NCBI GenBank assembly: GCA_950097015.1
Contig: CATNEN010000007.1
Coordinates: forward strand, 13,330,001 to 13,394,000
Direction: 5' to 3'
DNA: 64,000 nt
Origin: Macrostomum hystrix
Taxonomy: Eukaryota; Animalia; Platyhelminthes
Shown piece by piece: positions 57,701 to 64,000 of the stretch (within the stretch, counting starts at the first letter, position 1; each line of letters opens with the position of its first letter). Below the pieces are notes generated by a model. That model was not told the origin of the DNA. It saw nothing but the letters and a program-made list of their open reading frames with translations, and made no database searches. The position numbers and the translations under genes were made by a program.

Positions 57701-58290
57701 AGTCTGAGCCTTGGGGGCGCGTGCACATGGACCACGCTCACGTTCCGAAGGTCGGGCTCCTGCTGATCCTGGTCGACGCCATGTCTGCCTGGCCGGAGGC
57801 TATCCGAGTGCCCGACAAGAGCGCCGCCACCGTCAGGCGGGTCCTCCAGGAGGTCTTCGCCCGCAACGGAGTGCCGAGAACCCTGGTGAGTGACAATGCT
57901 GCAGAGTTCCATGATGAGGGGTTGGTGAGCTGGCTGCACAGAATCGGCTGCCGCGCTGTGAAAACCCCACCATATCATCCCCAGTCCAACGGCCTGGCCG
58001 AGCGAATGGTGCAGACAATCAAGGTGGCCTCGGCGGGCTGGGATCAGCAGGAGCCGTACGACGCGTTCCTGGCACGGATCCTACTGAACTACCGATGTGT
58101 ACCGCACGCCGGAAGGGAGTTCAGCCCGGCGCAACTAATGGGAAGGCAGCTGCGAAACCCCATCACCATGAAGACAGCGATCCGCTCTGAGGTCTGGTAC
58201 GCTTCAACGCCGAGTGCCACACCGGAGAAGGCGGAGTTCCTGGCGCAGAAAGGGTCCAACAGGGTTAGGGTTAGGGTTAGGCTTTTTTAA
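54736..58290 (+). CDS. Gypsy Gag-Pol polyprotein (Gag, zinc knuckles, protease, RT, RNase H, integrase) in a single open frame
   Basis: CQYCGGSH and CTTCNKKNHYAAVC, QVDTGAD, RICADY, YQDD, TTDAS, HSGAHPG...CHTC, VHMDH, VSDNA, GLAERMV. The frame runs into telomeric repeats (NRVRVRVRLF stop). Confidence 0.93.
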   Translation: MASQASELNLEDPDTAEAWLLSFAAAARTKKLKDSEEEHQITDLFLSRAGLKALRTLTLMAAPDSLETKTFAQIRDIIDATIRPKRRLTIAERVKFLSLRQDPSEGVASYYRRLRAAAASCSFEKLGSKQTCEDELITMRRVDGLASVDHKRRLLERMQGIDMLLTDVLQELEQLEQIRYYNAGTGPTVTTESSIAYAGRRAAPPQLPPDTRSPRHTTRTKCQYCGGSHQQGSCPAFGKRCTTCNKKNHYAAVCRSRTVHLETWEEDDDAAPKPDAANVFVIRPENKERKGIFRRVKINGKELQMQVDTGADVSLIPRGHWEMLGRPALRKSKRILRQFDGSIIKTLGEFTATWNDKDKFRTVDLVVTAAHKSHGLLGLDNLDWNSERQTVGGQGTAVQHLNCLKGFQARIKLIEGAKPFYCAARAVPLHLRDRVNQELKRLQAEGIIEPVTEGGSEWASPIVCVLKPNGNIRICADYKAGVNHQVCGDTYPMPTVETIFSDVAGMTDFATLDLSDAYLQIELEEKSREVTTIATPLGLFRYTRLVPGLKSASAIFQKAMETTLEEVNGKVIYQDDILLGGRSSEDLKAKVDEVIKILQAAGMNINLAKSNLGAKSVKFLGYRIGAEGISPDPGLVSKIKEISAPRDRRQLESFLGLCNFFGRFVNNYAHIVEPLNQLRKKGVEFTWTTAQEAAFHQLKKLLSSSPIIQPYDRTKETTLTTDASEKAVAAVLTQEGHPVIYFSRRLTEAETRYSNIEREALAIVWSMERSRQFLLGKRFTLRTDHRPLEFLFGARQQLPKVANARILRWAIRLMGFDFAIEYARGVDIPHADALSRLDFADVPDDPYEAAPQQNRHWAGESVIGWTELAEETKRDRLLADITRRIAGNRWSGCSPAERQFKAIRHALTLDGSVVCYGDRPVIPASLRSRVLELVHSGAHPGATSTRALVRNSVWWPGYCGDVEGFVRACHTCAKQRQSSHSSVHQWPAESEPWGRVHMDHAHVPKVGLLLILVDAMSAWPEAIRVPDKSAATVRRVLQEVFARNGVPRTLVSDNAAEFHDEGLVSWLHRIGCRAVKTPPYHPQSNGLAERMVQTIKVASAGWDQQEPYDAFLARILLNYRCVPHAGREFSPAQLMGRQLRNPITMKTAIRSEVWYASTPSATPEKAEFLAQKGSNRVRVRVRLF

Positions 58291-58315
58291 AAAAGGGTTA
58301 GGGTTAGGGTTAGGC
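58261..58315 (+). repeat. Interstitial telomeric repeats: two (GGGTTA)3GGC blocks separated by T6A6
   Basis: agggttagggttagggttaggcttttttaaaaaagggttagggttagggttaggc. Confidence 0.95.
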
Positions 58316-58339
58316 TATACTCCTGAGCACGGCTTGACA

Positions 58340-58515
58340 ACCAGGTCCACTGCCACATGCACTACCAGATCCACTGCCACATCCACTAACAGATCCACTA
58401 CCAGATCCACTACCAGATCCACTACCAGATCCACAACCAGATCCACTACCAGATCCACTACCAGATCCACTACAAGATCCACTGCCACATCAACTACCTG
58501 ATCCACTGCCATATC
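58340..58515. repeat. 12-bp minisatellite, right part
   Basis: Same units as 52970-53318. Confidence 0.95.
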
Positions 58516-61500
58516 TAGCATTTAGCTACTATCAATCATGTTCATGATTGGGCCATAATAATAATAATAAACTAGGTAATTTAAATTTAGCCAGTAGCTT
58601 AGTCAAGTAAAAGTAGAAACTCTAATAGTGAAGTCAATTAACTTAGAGCAGTGAGAGGAAAAATGCGAGCTTTTTAAAGTTTTTTTTATTTTTAGTCTCG
58701 CTAAATTTCCACTAGAGTATTTTATGAAGTGAACTAAAAGTAAAAAATTAAAATTAAAATTTATTAAAATAAATTATTTTAAATTATTTCTTATAATTAA
58801 AAATTATCGCTTTACCAGAGAAAAGTATTTCAGGTTTCCTGTATGATACTGTTAATATAATTTAGTCGCTCATGGCCGATTAGCCTTTGGCTTTGCAACA
58901 ATTGGTATATGTTATCCCTTTTTAATAAGATGTGGCCAAGAAAAACATAGCAACATGGTCAATACAGCAATATTCTAAAACAACTGGACAGCCACTACAA
59001 TCAACAAAATGATTAGTTTATAAAAAATCTGCATAATAATATGACAACTAGCAATCGGTATTTTACTTAATAATGCACATTTCTTATTAATTGGCCTACT
59101 GGACTATTACTGCAATCGAGACTAGCCAATTATACACATTTTTTGCCGCGCAAGAATTGCAACTACGAGTATAAGTAAGCCCGTTTAAATTATAATACAG
59201 AACTACATTTATATAAAGGATCATCAAGGAATCGAACGAACCATTCTTATTAGAATTACGATATTCGTAAAATAGACATGATATAAGGTATTAGTACGTT
59301 TTAAATTGAAAAACTGCTTTCGCAGTTAGCATGCGACATTATCAATTTAATAAAATTTATATTTCATTACATCCAGTTTATTACATGCATACATAGGAGA
59401 ACACATTCATTAAAACGAACTAAATAATTCAGGTAATTATATATTATAAATCTTTAAGTCCAACCAAACTGGAAATCGTGGTCATGCTTTGCGTCATGGC
59501 AACACAATAAACTAAAAAAAGGGTTATACAAGAAAGCAATTTTTTTGTTTTATAATTAAAATGCGCAGAAATTAATTTGTAATCAAGTTGAATGAAAAAT
59601 GTACAGCTGTTTTAACAGATTTATCTTTAGTCTTTCCGGACTTTTAAAAACAAATTGCTGCCGATGAAGCTCGTTATTGCCTACATTACAAAATGTTCAG
59701 AAATATGATAATAAAAGCTGGCGAAAAAGTGAATGCAATAAAAATCCATCAATGAAGCCTCGCTTTTTCATATTTTTAAAACGGCGAAACTATCGACTAC
59801 TGTTTTGGTCATTGGCGAAAAGAAAGTATGATTTGTTGCTAAAATATACATTTTGCTTGGCCCAGAAAATTTATCTTGCAACAGAAATTGAAAAAAATGT
59901 TTTATATGTATATATTTGTGTTCTACCAGAATTTTAAAACGGCGAAAGCTTTCGTACAAATCTCTTATCGTAGGGGCTTATAAACCGCTCATAAACCCGT
60001 TATAAGCCGAAGTTGGTTTTTTGAACGACCAGACTAAGTTATAAGTAACAAAGCTGCTTAAAACAATTAGTGGCGAATAAAAGTTACATCAAGAAGTTGT
60101 AGAAAAGTTGTTTTCCGTTTGTGGCGAAAGAGTTTTTAAAAAAGTGGGTTTATAGCGAGTCGCTAGTCAAACGTGAGTATGTATTTTACTATAAGTTTTG
60201 TTTTAGCATGCGAAGCAAAGAATATTAATTTATGCATAAATAAAAGCATATATTTATAATACAAAGCTTTTAAGCTTTGAGTATCATGGTAATCTTGAAT
60301 TTGTTTGTTAAAAAGTCTTATCATCTCTGATTCTATGGAGACCGTAGTCGATTTAAGTTAGTCACGATTTGATTGTGAACAACTGCCAATGATTCATTAT
60401 TACCACCTGTCACAATTGTCGAACCAGATTGTCGAACAAGATTACAATGAGCAGACAAGTGCTTGAACCGATCAAAGACATTGGAAGACTAAGTTTAGCT
60501 TATGATGGTAAGTTCACGGCTATACCGTACTAGCTTAGACATTTTCAAACCTGCCATTTTCATAATCAAAACGCTTATCTTTGTTGTTTAAACGAGTTCC
60601 CCAAAAGACTGGGGCGCTGATCAGTTCCGTTGCGTTAGCAGCAGTTCACAGCTCACCAGCCCTTTATCTTATTGCGCTTAACGCTTATGTTTAATAAAAA
60701 ATAGCAGAGATAACTAAAAAAACTAGGTATACTTGAGGTTAGCCATAGAATATGTAATTTATATATTTTTTCGTTTAACGCACAATTGTTACAGAGAGGC
60801 CTTATATACGTTTTTATTCTTTTTATTTAAGCAGTATTTTGATTAGAAAATGACGTCTAAGATTTTATAAATATTTTATCATTCTGCTTCTAGCATTCAC
60901 TATTTCTATGTGCTACTGCCTTTGTGCCTTATACACTTCATTATTCCCTATAATAATAGCAGTTTCAGTTTATTTTCAAAATGACACTATGACCATTGCA
61001 TTTCTTATAAAAAAGTGTTAGCTTTTTCTTTTTTCTTTTTCTTTTTTCTTTTACTTTTTCTTAGCATATTCAGTGTTTTCAGAAGTCATGTAGTATCAGA
61101 ATTATTATAAATAAAATTAGCAAATAAAGTGTTATAGGGATCTCTTTTAATACTTTTAATTTGTAGATTCAATTCCTATAACCAGTATAACACATTGTCT
61201 CTTTATTAAGTATTAACTGACTTTATGGTAGCACTTACATATTGTGTCAAGTGGCAAGACACTTATTATAAGTTATAAATATGATTATTTCAAATGAATA
61301 ACTTAATGCTATGTACTAGTTTATTTATACATCCATTTCCATAAACACACAGTATTAAGTTTCAGTCCCAAAGAAGGGCTACCAGTGAGTTGGAGGGTAT
61401 CAGTTACCCACACACTTCACACTTTTTTATTGAATCACTGTTATTTTCTCAACCTTTATAGGCTTATCATTTAATACAATACTTTATAAATATACACTTT

Positions 61501-62199
61501 TCACACCCTTTAGTGGCTAATAAACTCTTATTTTGGACCCAACCCTTTATTTACTGATTCAGTATGAATTGGAATACAATGGTTGTAGCTTTCCAGCTTT
61601 ATCAAAGAACTAACACTTAATGCTTATTTCACTTCAGAACTTTTCAGTAGAATGAGCAAGTTGACTCTACTCATTATTTAGTGTAGGTGCCAACACTCCT
61701 ATCTGGAATTGAGTGTTGGCACCCATACTTACTCTACTCCCAAAAATCTCTTCAATTATATACCTGTAATGGGGTGGGTTACTTCAGTGTAATAAAACAA
61801 AAAAATAATTTTAACAAAATATAAATTCTGGTTGCTAAAGCTATTTTGTGTAAATTCAAAGACAAAATGTACAGTAGAATAAAGGACTAAATATATGCCT
61901 ACAGTAAATATTAACAAAGTAATATTACCAAATATTACCAAAGACCTATTACCAAAGTAATTTTTTGCTTTAAACAATTTTTTTCTTAACTTTAAAAGTC
62001 TTCTGTCAATTATTTTAGTGGGGCTCTTTCTTTTTTTTGGGAAATACTCCTTTAGATGATGATGCAAATTTATACTTATTTTATATTTCAAATATATGTC
62101 TGACAAATTTTAGTAATACACTTTCAATCTCCTACTTTAATTAAAGTTGCAATTTATATCATCACCTTCTTTTTCTTAGTAGCAAATTAATGTTTGTCT

Positions 62200-63330
62200 G
62201 AGTATCAAGGCAAAGGCAGGACAACGTGGGACAATGAAGCAGAGGGGCAAACAAAGAACAAAGCCCTATCAAAGTGTATTTTTTGAGAAATTGAACTGGA
62301 TAAAAACAAATATTGCATTTGAAAAAAACGCTGGCACAAAGAAGCAGAAAAAAAGAATGAAAATCATGCATGCAATCAAGACACAAAAAGTTCTCACCAA
62401 CCAACAAAATATCCCCAGCCACGCCAACCCCACCCCACACAATCTACCCCCACATTAACAACCACCAACCACCACACCAAAGCCTGCCCCTCACTAACTC
62501 TGGTTAGTGCTCACCAAGGTTGCACAAACCATTCTATTAGTGAGGTGAAGGCAAAGGCAGGACAATGTGGGACAGTGAAGCAGAGGGGCAAACAAAGAAC
62601 AAAGCACCCAATGCCACACAAACAAGCAAGGGGAAATGGCAAGAGGTGAAAGCACGAGATGGAGAATGGCAAGCAGAAGGGGAGGACAAAAGCAACAGAA
62701 CAGTGCAAGCAAATGAACAACAAGCACAACCTCCAAGGGTGAAAATAAGAAGCATCTTATGAAACATGCAAAGCAACAGCACAAGCATAGCTCGAACCAG
62801 CAGCAACAAAGCCATGGACAGAGGTCACACCTTGACTGTGTCACTCAGCCAACTGTCAATGCGCTTAATCTCTGAAACTGACAGGCCCAAGTAATGGGCC
62901 CACATTGCACCTCCCCTACACAGACTATGTGCAGAAAAAGAGTTTGCCGTGAATCCCATGGCTGCAAGGGAGCACTTCAGGGAGGCATTGAAACTTGAGG
63001 CCTTCAGGGATTTATTGGACTACCACATTATGCATATATTAGAATATAAAGAGTGCCTGAATTTCTTGCTTAAAGTATATTTATGATGGACTAAATTCTG
63101 AGTAGATAGCAGAACTGTATCTCTTTTATATTAGTCTGATTGTGTCCACTGTCACAACTTTGTAAAAATGATTTCAGACAAACCAGGCACAGACCCTTAC
63201 CACCCATCAAAAACCCAACCAACTGTTGGAGATGCTCGCTTCCAAGGTTACCCAACACATTTAATGCAAAGACCTCGCATGCCACTAACAGTGCCAGGAT
63301 CAAAGACCTCGAGACAAGAAGAATGTAAAC
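62200..63330 (+). pseudogene. Highly decayed, CpG-poor LINE ORF1-like relic with an internal ~58-bp duplication
   Basis: About 62207-62264 matches about 62548-62605. KWQEVK and a broken PYHP...CWRC...GY knuckle-like motif near 63190-63290. Confidence 0.35.
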
Positions 63331-64000
63331 AAGTTATTGCATTTTCAAAATATTGTAATTTACTAAATCATTGATTATTCAGTATTGCTTTTTCTTACTT
63401 CTCAACCTGTATAGCTAATTTCTATTCGTTTGTGTGGTTCTCCTTTGCTAAGCACAAGCTACCAATAGAGCACAGAAAATAACGAGTGTTTCTGAATAAT
63501 GAAAGCTTGTTAATTTTTTGTTGATTTGCAATCTTGTTGTGTTTAACATATTTAATTCTGACTTAAACTAAGCCAAAACCGAATATAGTATATTCTCTAC
63601 TATGTAAGTCTTGATTTTGAAATTGCAATTAAGTAGGCACTGAAAGCTGCTAAAAATTGCAACTTGTTTTCTTTGAAATTCTATGACTTCCAATGACTTT
63701 TTCAATTAGAGAAAATAAAGAACTATTTAAATAGCGAAACACTTGCACAAGAACAACATTGTTCTCAATGAGTTTTGCTAAATTGCCATTAAAAATTCAC
63801 TTGCAAACCAGAAAGGTTAAAACGCCATAAATATTTTAGCCCACTGGAAAGAGCAGAGAAAGGAGGAGTCCTTGCTGGGCCAGATGCTAAATCCCCCCAT
63901 CGGCTCAGAGGAACTTGCCAGGACTGATGACAGTCGGTGAGCAAGATTTTATTGTTGCAGCAACTTCCGCTAGCCCGATTGTTGCACCAGTTGTAATTGC

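Larger units (their letters stand above)
53319..58339 (+). mobile_element. Ty3/Gypsy LTR retrotransposon with an interrupted 5' LTR and a mostly deleted 3' LTR
   Basis: TG at 53319 and CA at 58339, with 5-bp TSD ACCAG (53314-18 / 58340-44). The 5' LTR ends TTGACA at 54735, then PBS-like TGGCGTC. The last 24 bp of the LTR (54712-35) recur at 58316-39. Confidence 0.9.

Noticed and set aside
63915-63945. CTGATGA hammerhead-like core near the window end
   Set aside because: No stem II followed by GAAA.

Overview
Metazoan genomic DNA (GT-AG introns, TTAGGG repeats). The gene and TE style would fit a free-living flatworm such as Macrostomum, but that is an unproven inference. Bases 1-13.4 kb hold three co-oriented housekeeping genes: the 3' part of a BIG/ARFGEF Sec7 GEF, PRPF39 and TDP-43. 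Most of the rest is nested transposons. (i) A Mutator-like TIR shell (16765-28043, 9-bp TSD) contains an intact LOA-type LINE (13-bp TSD, 97-bp 5' UTR repeats), a decayed RTE LINE that begins with an HDV-like ribozyme, an LTR-like piece and a hAT MITE. (ii) A second TIR element (28251-34226, 8-bp TSD) carries a MULE/NOF-like transposase-Ulp1-PHD relic, a tRNAi-Met-primed TRIM-like mini-element and a twister ribozyme. (iii) A three-exon orphan membrane-protein gene candidate. (iv) A near-complete Ngaro tyrosine-recombinase retrotransposon. (v) A patchwork of Gypsy/LINE relics. (vi) A Gypsy element inserted in a 12-bp minisatellite; its 5' LTR hosts a miniature Ngaro with split direct repeats, and most of its 3' LTR is replaced by telomeric repeats. 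The window ends in AT-rich DNA with a CpG-free stretch. The most notable signals are the two self-cleaving ribozymes, the telomeric-repeat junction and the mini-Ngaro. All calls were made by eye; no searches were run.
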